Assembly (NCBI GenBank): GCA_034926415.1
Contig: JAYFRC010000034.1
Location: forward strand, 4,232 to 68,231
Source: Oscillospiraceae bacterium
GTDB taxonomy: Bacteria > Bacillota > Clostridia > Oscillospirales > Oscillospiraceae
Direction of reading: 5' to 3'
DNA: 64,000 nucleotides
Each line of letters begins with the position of its first letter. The stretch's first letter is position 1. Under the pieces are notes generated by a model that ran no database searches, was not told the DNA's origin, and worked only from the letters and a program-made list of their open reading frames with translations. A program made the translations under genes and the position numbers. Below are positions 1-7,925 of the stretch, one piece after another.

Positions 1-16
1 TGCCCTTTTCATAACT

Positions 17-838
17 TCACACCCTTTCTCTCAGCTTTTCTATTCCGGCAAACATAAAAAATGCAATAATGTCTGTGACGACAATGCACGCGCCGGTAGG
101 GACGGAACCCAAATAAGATACCGTGAGTCCCACCATAAAACAGGTAATTGACAAAACGGCGGATACCACAATGGTGCTCTTAAATCTCCTGCACACCCTC
201 ATGGCGGTAAGCGACGGAAAGACAATGAGACTTGAAATCAGCAGCGTACCCATCATACGCATGCCAAGAACCACGGTAATTGCGGTGAGAGATGCGATAA
301 CCATATTATAGAAACGCGTTCCGGTTCCTGTGGCGGACGAAAAAGTTTCATCAAAGGTAACCGCAAAAATGCGGTTATAAAAGATGATGTACAAAATGAG
401 CACCGCCGCGCTTAAAAATAAAGACAGGACAACATCGCTGTGGCTCATGGCGAGAATGCTCCCGAACATATAGTTGCACACGTCCGTGTTCATTCCCGTG
501 GTCAATGAGATAGTCATAACTCCGATCGCCAGCGCGCTGCTGCACAGCAATGCCGTAGCCGCATCCCCTTTGATTTTGGAACTGTCCTTCAGCTGAAGCA
601 GGAGAAAGGCGCACACTACGCATACCGGAATGGAAACGGCCAGCGGCGCGGCGCCCATGGCATAAGCCACGGCCAGCGCGGCGAAGCCAACGTGGGAAAG
701 GCCGTCGCCTATCATTGAATATCGCTTCAGCACGAGGCTTGCCCCGAGAAGAGAGGCGCAGAGCGAGACCAGCACACCTACAATGAGCGCGCGTACCAAA
801 AAGGGGTAGGAAAGCATTTCGTACATCGTGTTCAACAT
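17..838 (-). CDS. znuB: Metal (Zn/Mn-type) ABC transporter permease, ABC-3 family
   Basis: 273-aa polytopic ORF (..RYSMIGDGLSHVGFAALAVAY..) typical of ZnuB/MntB permeases. It overlaps the upstream ATPase gene by 7 nt and lies in an operon with a Fur-family regulator. Confidence 0.8.
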   Translation of the reverse strand: MLNTMYEMLSYPFLVRALIVGVLVSLCASLLGASLVLKRYSMIGDGLSHVGFAALAVAYAMGAAPLAVSIPVCVVCAFLLLQLKDSSKIKGDAATALLCSSALAIGVMTISLTTGMNTDVCNYMFGSILAMSHSDVVLSLFLSAAVLILYIIFYNRIFAVTFDETFSSATGTGTRFYNMVIASLTAITVVLGMRMMGTLLISSLIVFPSLTAMRVCRRFKSTIVVSAVLSITCFMVGLTVSYLGSVPTGACIVVTDIIAFFMFAGIEKLRERV

Positions 839-1539
839 GTCGTGCCTCCCAAAAAGCGCGTTCCAATCTCGCTGCGCCTGTAATCTTCCGTTTTTCCATA
901 GAACAATTGCCGGTTGCCAAGATGCAAAACATGGTCGGACTGTTCAATCGCCCCCTGCACATCATGGGAGACCATGATTACGGTAATGCCTTGTTCATCG
1001 TGCAGATTTCGGATGACGCGGTACAGATCCGCAGTCATAATGGGGTCGAGCCCCGTGACCGGTTCGTCGAGAAGCAGCAGCTTTTTTGTGGCGCAGAGCG
1101 CCCGGGCCAGCAGTATTCTCTGCTGCTGGCCGCCGGAAAGGTCGCGGTAACAGCGCCTCTCAAGATCACCCGCGCCGAGCAGTTCCAGCTTTTCCCTGGC
1201 GTCCGCCCTATCGGCGGTTTTGTAAAACGGATGCCATCCAAGACGATTCAACCTGCCCGACAGCACCACTTCCAATACGCTTGCGGGGAAATCTTTCTGC
1301 GCTGCCGTCTGTTGGGGAAGATACCCTATCTCAGCGGGCTTTAGTCCGTCGCCGGTCAATATTTTTCCGCAGGAGGGCTTCTTCAGATGCAGCAGACCTT
1401 TGAGCAGGGTGCTTTTTCCCGCACCGTTTTCACCTACGATACAAAGATAGTCTCCGGTTTCCACGGAAAAATCCAATCCTGACAGCACCGTCGTCCCCTC
1501 ATATGAAAATGCCGCATCCCGGCAGACGAGCAGGCTCAT
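832..1539 (-). CDS. znuC: Metal ABC transporter ATP-binding protein
   Basis: Walker A GENGAGKST, ABC signature LSGGQQQR, Walker B LLLLDEP. Sits between the SBP and permease genes. Confidence 0.85.
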   Translation of the reverse strand: MSLLVCRDAAFSYEGTTVLSGLDFSVETGDYLCIVGENGAGKSTLLKGLLHLKKPSCGKILTGDGLKPAEIGYLPQQTAAQKDFPASVLEVVLSGRLNRLGWHPFYKTADRADAREKLELLGAGDLERRCYRDLSGGQQQRILLARALCATKKLLLLDEPVTGLDPIMTADLYRVIRNLHDEQGITVIMVSHDVQGAIEQSDHVLHLGNRQLFYGKTEDYRRSEIGTRFLGGTTC

Positions 1540-1540
1540 G

Positions 1541-2527
1541 TCAGTTCAGCGCCTCCCTAAGCACGTCTACGTTATGTTCCATCAGGCTCAGGTAGGTCGC
1601 TCCCGCTTTGAAGTCGCTGTCGCTCACATTGTGAACGGCATTGAGAAGCTCGCTCTTTGCTCCGGTCGCTTCGCATATGGAATCGCACATCTGCTCGTTT
1701 GAAAGCTCGATATGAAATACCACGGGAATATCGTCCTCTTTGACTTTATCGATGAGAAACGCCACCGTGGACGCATCCGCTTCCGTATCCGTCGTGCAGC
1801 CGGGAAAAGCGGCATAGTAGGTCAGACCGAATTCCTCGCAGAAATAGCGGAACGGGAAACGGTCTCCGACAACGATTTCCTTTCGCTTGCCGTTTTCCAC
1901 AACATCGCGGAACTCATCGTCAAGTTTCTGAAGCTGGGCAAGATAGTCTTTTGTATTTTCCTTGAAGGTCTCCTGATCGTCGGGGTCGAGCGTGCAAAGC
2001 GTATCGCTCAGTTTCTGTACAATTTTCATGGCGTTTGCCGGCGAGGTCCAGACGTGTTCGTCCATTTCCGGCGCTTCTTCCGATTGGCTGTCGCCGTCAG
2101 ATTCTTCTTCCTCGGGCTGCATCCCCTCGACCAGCTCTTCTTCGACCAGATCAACGCAGTCCATAAGCTTGAACACGTTCATTTTGCTCTGATCCATAGA
2201 ACTGAGAACATCAGCGACCCATTCGTCGGAATCCCCGCCGACATAAATAAACAGGCTGCTGTTTTGAATTTTGATAATATCCTGCGGCGTCGGCTCGTAA
2301 CTGTGGCTCTCCGCGCCGGGTTTAAGCAGCATAGTAACATCCACCTTATCGCCAGCGATCTGACGGGCAAAATCATACTCGGGGAAATTTGTGCAAACTA
2401 CGCTGAGCTTTTCCTCGCTTTCAGTACCAGACGAAACAGCGCTGTCAGACGAGGCGGAGCTTCCGCAGGAAGACAGGGAAAACATCAGCAGAAAACATGC
2501 CACAAGGCATGCGAGCGTTTTTTTCAT
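1541..2527 (-). CDS. znuA: Metal ABC transporter substrate-binding lipoprotein (ZnuA/TroA-like) with an acidic loop
   Basis: Lipobox MKKTLACLVACFLLMFSLSSCG. GGAGG lies 8 nt upstream of the ATG at 2527 (the ORF track starts at 2575). Cluster-9 SBP-like sequence with the insert EEEESDGDSQSEEAPEMDEH. Confidence 0.8.
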   Translation of the reverse strand: MKKTLACLVACFLLMFSLSSCGSSASSDSAVSSGTESEEKLSVVCTNFPEYDFARQIAGDKVDVTMLLKPGAESHSYEPTPQDIIKIQNSSLFIYVGGDSDEWVADVLSSMDQSKMNVFKLMDCVDLVEEELVEGMQPEEEESDGDSQSEEAPEMDEHVWTSPANAMKIVQKLSDTLCTLDPDDQETFKENTKDYLAQLQKLDDEFRDVVENGKRKEIVVGDRFPFRYFCEEFGLTYYAAFPGCTTDTEADASTVAFLIDKVKEDDIPVVFHIELSNEQMCDSICEATGAKSELLNAVHNVSDSDFKAGATYLSLMEHNVDVLREALN

Positions 2528-2561
2528 AATATAATCCTCCGTTAAAAAACAATGTTGACCT

Positions 2562-2637
2562 AAAAAAGAGCGCAAAAATACAAGGGAACCTCGGCAATTC
2601 CCGAATCAGCCTGCCCTTAAGCAGACTCGTCCCTTGT
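2562..2637 (-). terminator. Hairpin plus U-tract between the small membrane-protein gene and znuA (attenuator/processing hairpin)
   Basis: ACAAGGGA (2580-2587) pairs with TCCCTTGT (2630-2637). On the minus strand it is followed by AUUUUUGCGCUCUUUUUU. There is no room for a promoter before znuA, so some read-through is required. Confidence 0.4.
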
Positions 2638-2653
2638 TATATGCGAACATTGT

Positions 2654-2956
2654 TTAATCGGAGAGTTTTACCTTAAGCGAAATGAGCGTGACGGCCACCG
2701 TCTCGCGAAGGTGAACGGCGGGAAGCGCCGTCAAAACCGCAAGCGCTGAAACGAAAACAGTCACGGCCACAACCGCCGTTCCCACTGTGCTTAAAATCTG
2801 TCTGCAAATCTGAATTTCGTGGCAGACCGGACAATTCTCGCCGGTGCAGTCATGGTCCGCTTCTTTTATTATGTAAGCGGTGGAAATGAACATGACGAAC
2901 ATCAGCGCAAAGCACATCACGGCAGCCATGATTCTGATTTTTTTCGTCATATCCAT
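2654..2956 (-). CDS. Small two-TM membrane protein with H-x-C-x4-C-x2-C-H motif, function unknown
   Basis: 100-aa ORF with two hydrophobic segments flanking EADHDCTGENCPVCHEIQIC. Lies directly between the Fur-family gene and znuA. The second ATG (2950) has the better SD spacing. Confidence 0.5.
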   Translation of the reverse strand: MDMTKKIRIMAAVMCFALMFVMFISTAYIIKEADHDCTGENCPVCHEIQICRQILSTVGTAVVAVTVFVSALAVLTALPAVHLRETVAVTLISLKVKLSD

Positions 2957-2972
2957 ACTCCCTACTTACTGA

Positions 2973-3380
2973 TTAAGCATTACCGGCGCACGACAGGCAA
3001 CTGCTGCACAAACCATATAAAACCGTTTTCTGCCGACTTATCTGAAACTCATTTGCTTTATAGACGTCGGCAAGCAGCCGGGCCGTAATCTCACCCTGCA
3101 TATGAAGCGTTTTTCCACACTTGATGCAAATCATGTGAATGCTGCTTTTGCACTGCTCCGTTTGAATATACTGATAAAAAATTTCTCTTGAGCCTTCTTT
3201 TGTGGAGCGATTGATTGCTCCGGCGCTTTCAAGCGAAATCAGGTTCCGGTAAATTGCGCTCAGGCTCATTTTAGGCTCAGGCAGGCTGTCCGCGATCTGT
3301 CTGGCCGAAAACTGCCTGTCGGGATTATGCTGCAAAAAGTCCATAAGGCGCTCACGCTGCTCTGTTTTGTAGGTTACCAT
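2973..3380 (-). CDS. zur: Fur-family transcriptional repressor (Zur-like)
   Basis: Winged-helix N-terminus (FSARQIADSL..IYRNLISLESAGAI) and two CxxC pairs (CIKCGK, CSSC). The start was moved to MVTYK, with GGAGG 7 nt upstream (ORF track starts at 3419). Confidence 0.8.
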   Translation of the reverse strand: MVTYKTEQRERLMDFLQHNPDRQFSARQIADSLPEPKMSLSAIYRNLISLESAGAINRSTKEGSREIFYQYIQTEQCKSSIHMICIKCGKTLHMQGEITARLLADVYKANEFQISRQKTVLYGLCSSCLSCAGNA

Positions 3381-3400
3381 CTCCATGCCTCCAATTCCAG

Positions 3401-3478
3401 ATTTGCGAATCATACGCAAATTATGCTATCACTCAGTCTGTTCTTTGTCAATCAAAATTGCGAACTGATTGCAAATTT
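3401..3478. promoter_or_regulatory. Candidate Fur/Zur operators in the zur / ferredoxin divergent spacer
   Basis: Inverted repeat ATTTGCG-N7-CGCAAAT at 3401-3421, about 20 bp upstream of the zur start. AAAATTGCGAACTGATTGCAAATTT lies at 3454-3478. The core TTGCGAA/TTGCAAA recurs four times in 78 bp. Confidence 0.35.
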
Positions 3479-3646
3479 ATAATTGAACAGCCCTAACTTC
3501 TGTACGTATGCCTTAATTCGGTTCTACCGCAACAGTTTGCGGCTGATTTTCCTCTTTACGACGACCGAAAAACTGTAATTCTGTTATGCTAACGATTTAC
3601 GGTAAGGTATATAATTATTTATTAAAAAGAAAGAAGGTTTTAAACA

Positions 3647-3877
3647 ATGGCTTTTGGCTTTGGACGAAAAGAAGCCGCCGATGGCAACGCGGACAAGAAA
3701 CTGGTGGTAAACAAACATCGCTGCCCGCAGAACCATCCCTGTCCCTCTGTGCGGGTATGCCCCGTCGGCGCGCTGTCCCAGAGCGGATTTTCTGCCCCTG
3801 TGGTGGATCAGGACAAATGCATCAGCTGTGGGAAATGCGTCCGTTTTTGTCCCATGAGAGCGCTCAACCTCGAATAA
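3647..3877 (+). CDS. Small 4Fe-4S ferredoxin-domain protein
   Basis: 76 aa. One canonical CISCGKCVRFCP motif plus an atypical CPQNHPCPSVRVCP motif. Confidence 0.7.
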   Translation: MAFGFGRKEAADGNADKKLVVNKHRCPQNHPCPSVRVCPVGALSQSGFSAPVVDQDKCISCGKCVRFCPMRALNLE

Positions 3878-3950
3878 CTATTAACCTGGAATAACCAGGT
3901 GGGGAAAGCGGCTCCGGCATCATTAAACGAAGCAGGTTTTTAAGTAATTT

Positions 3951-3986
3951 GCGGCATATGTCAATTTAGTTATTGACATATGCCGC
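3951..3986 (+). terminator. Perfect 14-bp inverted repeat: terminator-like hairpin after the ferredoxin gene and/or operator
   Basis: GCGGCATATGTCAA-N8-TTGACATATGCCGC followed by TTTCATTT. The right arm contains the -35 of the next promoter. Confidence 0.55.
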
Positions 3987-4001
3987 TTTCATTTGTATAA
4001 T
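3973..4001 (+). promoter_or_regulatory. Consensus sigma-A type promoter for the DUF134 operon
   Basis: TTGACA (3973-3978), 17-nt spacer, TATAAT (3996-4001), about 50 nt upstream of the DUF134 start. Confidence 0.6.
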
Positions 4002-4050
4002 CCAATATTAAATAACACATGCTAAAATAAAACAACAGGATGTGAAAACC

Positions 4051-4431
4051 ATGCCGCGTCCGAAAAAATGCAGGAAGGTCTGCTGCCTTCCGCCAATCAG
4101 CGAGTTTGTTCCCGCAGGAGAGGGCGTCCCCTGCCGCGAAACCGTCGTGATGACGGTGGACGAATATGAAACGGTTCGCCTCATCGACAACGAGGGCTTT
4201 ACACAGGAAGAATGCAGCAAATATATGAACATCGCGCGCACCACGGTACAGCAGATATACGACGGCGCGCGCAGGAAGATTGCCCAGGCGCTTGTGAAGG
4301 GACTGCCTCTCAGAATCGAGGGAGGCGACTACCATCTGTGCGACGGCAATGAACGCTATTGCGGCTGCGGAGGCTGCCGGAGACACCGGCGCGGCTGTAT
4401 GGAGCAGCTGCAGGAGGAGGAAAATCCATGA
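4051..4431 (+). CDS. DUF134/UPF0251 predicted DNA-binding protein with Cys-rich C-terminus
   Basis: MPRPKKCRKVCCLP N-terminus typical of DUF134. Sigma-70 region-4-like HTH (FTQEECSKYMNIARTTVQQIY). C-terminal HLCDGNERYCGCGGC. ATG at 4051 preferred over GTG at 4042. Confidence 0.75.
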   Translation: MPRPKKCRKVCCLPPISEFVPAGEGVPCRETVVMTVDEYETVRLIDNEGFTQEECSKYMNIARTTVQQIYDGARRKIAQALVKGLPLRIEGGDYHLCDGNERYCGCGGCRRHRRGCMEQLQEEENP

Positions 4432-4784
4432 TAATCGCAATTCCCGTTGATGAGGGAAAGGAAGCCGTATGCGTTTCCTTTGGACGCGCGCCGTATTTCC
4501 TGATTCACAATACCGAAAACGGCGAGACAAACGCAGTAGAAAACCCGGCGGCCGAGGCGCAGGGCGGCGCGGGCATTCAGGCCGCACAGTTTGTTGTGGA
4601 TACCGGCGCGGACGCGCTGATAACGGTTCGCTGCGGGCAGAACTCCGCGGATGTATTCAAAGCGGCGAATCTCAAAATTTACAGGGCGCAGGGCGAAAGC
4701 GCCTCCAAAAACCTCAAATCGCTTGCGGAGGGAAAACTTGAGGAGCTGAACAGCTTCCATGCGGGTTTTCACGGCAAGGCATGA
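4428..4784 (+). CDS. NifX/NifB-C-terminal-like (dinitrogenase FeMo-cofactor-binding fold) protein
   Basis: MIIAIPVDEGKEAVCVSFGRAPYFLI..AQFVVDTGADALIT pattern of the NifX-like family. AGGAGGAGG RBS. ATGA overlap with the DUF134 stop. Confidence 0.75.
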   Translation: MIIAIPVDEGKEAVCVSFGRAPYFLIHNTENGETNAVENPAAEAQGGAGIQAAQFVVDTGADALITVRCGQNSADVFKAANLKIYRAQGESASKNLKSLAEGKLEELNSFHAGFHGKA

Positions 4785-5617
4785 AGGTCTCGGTGCTCAG
4801 CGGAAAGGGCGGCGCGGGCAAGACCTTTGTGTCTGTGAACCTTGCCGCCGCCGCGAAAAGCGCGGTCTACATCGACTGCGATGTGGAGGAGCCGAACGGC
4901 CGCCTTTACTGGAAACCAAACGTCGAGAGCAAAACGCCGGTCGACGTTTTGGTCCCTACGTTCGACGAGGAAGAGTGCAGCGGCTGCCGGAAATGCGTGA
5001 AGTTCTGCCATTTTCACGCTCTGGCTTTTGTCAGGGATCGCCCGATGGTGTTTCACGAGGTATGTCATTCCTGCGGCGGCTGCGCGCTGGTCTGCCCGGA
5101 ACATGCCGTCTCTGAAGCCCCGCGTCAGGTGGGAGCGGTTGAAGAAGGCATGAGCGGTGACGTACGGGTTGTGACCGGAATCCTCAACAACGGCGAGGTC
5201 TCGGCTGTGCCTGTCATAAAATCCGCTCTGCGTGCGGGCGGCGAAGCCGAGTTCACGGTCATCGACTGCCCTCCCGGCAGCGGATGTCCGGTAATGGAAA
5301 GCGTGAAGGCTGCGGATTGCTGCCTGCTGGTGGCCGAACCCACCGCCTTCGGCTTCCACAATTTCAAGATGGTGCATCGGTTGGCCGTGCTGCTGCAAAA
5401 GCCCTGCGGCGTGATAATCAACAAGGCGGATACGCCCTACGCGCCGCTAGAAGAATACTGCGCGGCGCAGGGCCTTCCAATTTTGATGCGTGTCCCTTAC
5501 AGCGCGCATCTGGCCGCTCTGGGCGCGGCGGGAGAAATCACCGTGCAGTATGACGCGGACCTTGCAAAAGCATTTTGCGCTCTGCTGGATGCCGTCCGAA
5601 ATGGGGCGATCCTATGA
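4781..5617 (+). CDS. MinD/ParA-superfamily P-loop ATPase with inserted 2x[4Fe-4S] ferredoxin domain
   Basis: Deviant Walker A GKGGAGKT. CSGCRKCVKFC and CHSCGGCALVCP motifs. DCPPGSGCPV. ATGA overlap with the upstream gene. Confidence 0.8.
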   Translation: MKVSVLSGKGGAGKTFVSVNLAAAAKSAVYIDCDVEEPNGRLYWKPNVESKTPVDVLVPTFDEEECSGCRKCVKFCHFHALAFVRDRPMVFHEVCHSCGGCALVCPEHAVSEAPRQVGAVEEGMSGDVRVVTGILNNGEVSAVPVIKSALRAGGEAEFTVIDCPPGSGCPVMESVKAADCCLLVAEPTAFGFHNFKMVHRLAVLLQKPCGVIINKADTPYAPLEEYCAAQGLPILMRVPYSAHLAALGAAGEITVQYDADLAKAFCALLDAVRNGAIL

Positions 5618-6486
5618 AGAAACTGCTGATTCTAAGCGGCAAGGGCGGCACGGGCAAGACCACCACCGCCGCCGCGTTTATTCGCTTTGCCGCCGCCCGC
5701 GCCTATGCGGACTGCGATGTTGACGCGCCGAACTTGCATCTGGTATCCCCGATAAGCGGCGAGCCGGAGCGATTTGACTATCTGGGCTCGCAGAAAGCCT
5801 CCATTGATTCTCGGAAATGCATCGGCTGCGGGAAGTGCGCGGAGGCCTGCCGCTTTGATGCGATAAGCCGCACGGGAAACATTTTATCAGTCGACGAATT
5901 TTCCTGCGAGGGCTGTGGCGTGTGCGCGGAGCTCTGCCCCGAGGGCGCGGTCTCGCTTTTGGATGACGTGGCCGGAGAGGTGACGCTCTATCGTTCCCCG
6001 GCGGTGTTTGCCACGGCGGAGCTCAAAATGGGGCGCGGCAATTCCGGCAAGCTTGTGTCTGAGGTTAAGCTTGCGCTGGCGAACGCCGCGCGGGACGAGA
6101 ATCTCGCCATCATCGACGGCTCGCCCGGCATCGGCTGCCCGGTGATCGCCTCTATGGGCGGGGTGGATCTTGTGCTTATCGTGGCGGAGCCTTCGCTTTC
6201 GGGGCGCAGCGATCTTGAACGCATCCTGAAAACAGCGGAAATATTCGAGACAAAAGCGGCTGTCTGCGTCAATAAATACGACACAAGCCCTGAAAATACA
6301 GAGAAAATCTATCAATTTTGCGCCGGGCGCGGTATTCCCTTCGTTGGCCGGATTCCATACGACAAGCAGGCGTCCGCCGCCATCAACGCCGGAAAAAGCC
6401 TTGCGGATATAGACTGTGCCGCATCCCGAGCGCTGCACGAAGTGTTTGAGCGCACTATGGATCTGCTCGGAGTCGAAGCAAGTTGA
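5614..6486 (+). CDS. MinD/ParA-superfamily P-loop ATPase with inserted 2x[4Fe-4S] ferredoxin domain (paralogue)
   Basis: GKGGTGKTT, CIGCGKCAEAC, CEGCGVCAELCP, DGSPGIGCPV. The start at MKKLLIL gives an ATGA overlap with the upstream stop. Confidence 0.8.
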   Translation: MKKLLILSGKGGTGKTTTAAAFIRFAAARAYADCDVDAPNLHLVSPISGEPERFDYLGSQKASIDSRKCIGCGKCAEACRFDAISRTGNILSVDEFSCEGCGVCAELCPEGAVSLLDDVAGEVTLYRSPAVFATAELKMGRGNSGKLVSEVKLALANAARDENLAIIDGSPGIGCPVIASMGGVDLVLIVAEPSLSGRSDLERILKTAEIFETKAAVCVNKYDTSPENTEKIYQFCAGRGIPFVGRIPYDKQASAAINAGKSLADIDCAASRALHEVFERTMDLLGVEAS

Positions 6487-6584
6487 AAATCGCATGGCGC
6501 AGTATCAATCTCTGAAAACAAAAATGAAGCAGCTGCATCATCCGCCCTGCGGGCGGATGCCGGCGCTTTGAGGAGGAACACAAC

Positions 6585-7406
6585 ATGAGCGAAGAATGTT
6601 CGCACACCTGCGAAAGCTGCGGCAAGGACTGCAGCGAACGTACAAAAGAAAGCCTGCTGGAAAAGCCCCATGAGGGCTGCCATGTGAAAAAAGTCATCGG
6701 CGTGGTCAGCGGCAAGGGCGGCGTGGGCAAGAGCCTCGTCACCTCCATGCTCGCGGTTATGACCCAGAGAAAAGGCTACCAGGCGGCTATCCTGGACGCC
6801 GATATCACCGGCCCCTCCATTCCGCAGATGTTAGGCCTGCACACCCACGCCTCGGGAACGGAATCCGGCATTTACCCGGTTAAATCCAAGACCGGAATCC
6901 GAGTCATGTCCCTCAATCTGCTTATGGAACGTGAGACAGACCCGGTGGTATGGCGCGGCCCCATTATCGCGGGCACGGTCAAGCAGTTCTGGACGGACGT
7001 AATCTGGGGCGACGTGGACTATATGTTCATCGACATGCCGCCCGGCACCGGCGACGTGCCCCTGACTGTGTTCCAGTCCATCCCTGTGGACGGCCTTGTC
7101 ATCGTTGCCTCCCCGCAGGAGCTGGTGGGCATGATAGTTGAAAAGGCAGTCAACATGGCGGGCATAATGAACATTCCCGTTCTTGCTCTGGTCGAGAACA
7201 TGAGCTATATCGTCTGCCCTGACTGCGGCAGGGAGATCCGTGTGTTCGGCGAAAGCCGGATTGCCGAGATCGCGAAAAAGCATTTCATCGAGAACACCGC
7301 GCGCCTGTCTATCGATCCGAAGCTGGCGGCGGCCTGCGACGCAGGCATGATAGAGCTTTTCGACGGAAACTGGCTGAACGAGATACTCGATACCATTATA
7401 AAATAA
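6585..7406 (+). CDS. Mrp/NBP35/ApbC-family Fe-S cluster carrier ATPase
   Basis: GKGGVGKS deviant Walker A, conserved CPDC near the C-terminus, Cys-rich N-terminus CSHTCESCGKDC. AGGAGG RBS. Confidence 0.85.
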   Translation: MSEECSHTCESCGKDCSERTKESLLEKPHEGCHVKKVIGVVSGKGGVGKSLVTSMLAVMTQRKGYQAAILDADITGPSIPQMLGLHTHASGTESGIYPVKSKTGIRVMSLNLLMERETDPVVWRGPIIAGTVKQFWTDVIWGDVDYMFIDMPPGTGDVPLTVFQSIPVDGLVIVASPQELVGMIVEKAVNMAGIMNIPVLALVENMSYIVCPDCGREIRVFGESRIAEIAKKHFIENTARLSIDPKLAAACDAGMIELFDGNWLNEILDTIIK

Positions 7407-7425
7407 TTAAAAGGAGAAATTTATT

Positions 7426-7788
7426 ATGAAAATTGCGGTTGCCTGCAACGGCGAACAGATTTTTGGCCATTTTGGCCACTGCGAGAATTTTATGCTTTTT
7501 GACGTGGAAAATGGCAAGATTACCGGCGCGAAGAGCGTCCCCAATCCCGGCCACAAGCCCGGCTTCCTGCCGAACTTTCTGGCTGATCAGGGCGCCGGGG
7601 TCATCATCGCCGGAGGCATGGGCGGCGGCGCCGTGGATATTTTCAACGAACGCGGCGTGGAAGTGGTCACCGGAGCGGAGGGCGACGCCCGCCAGGCGGC
7701 GGAAGCCTACCTGCGCGGCGAGCTGAAGTCCACGGGTTCCGTCTGTCACGATCACGCGTTTGAAAGCGAGTGCGGCAGCCATAAATAA
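7426..7788 (+). CDS. NifX/NifB-C-terminal-like protein (second copy)
   Basis: MKIAVACNGEQIFGHFGHCENFMLFDVENGKI..GVIIAGGMGGGA, the typical family signature. Confidence 0.75.
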   Translation: MKIAVACNGEQIFGHFGHCENFMLFDVENGKITGAKSVPNPGHKPGFLPNFLADQGAGVIIAGGMGGGAVDIFNERGVEVVTGAEGDARQAAEAYLRGELKSTGSVCHDHAFESECGSHK

Positions 7789-7861
7789 CAGCGGGCGCAT
7801 TTATACCGATTCAGCTCGTCCGCTTTTTATCGGCTCAAGTTAGGGCGCATACGCATAAACG

Positions 7862-7899
7862 AAAAACCTCCGCGCGTTTTTAACGCACGGAGGTTTTTT
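7862..7899. terminator. Bidirectional intrinsic terminator
   Basis: AAAAA-CCTCCGCGCG-loop-CGCACGGAGG-TTTTTT between convergent genes (the + gene ends at 7788, the - gene ends at 7926). Confidence 0.7.
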
Positions 7900-7925
7900 C
7901 CGTATATGTACCGGGGCTACAGGGC

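Noticed and set aside
6494-6571. 25-codon ORF (MAQYQSLKTKMKQLHHPPCGRMPAL) in the spacer before the Mrp gene
   Set aside because: It has no SD. The region is better described by the 9-bp hairpin CATCCGCCC/GGGCGGATG (6539-6559). There is no evidence of conservation.
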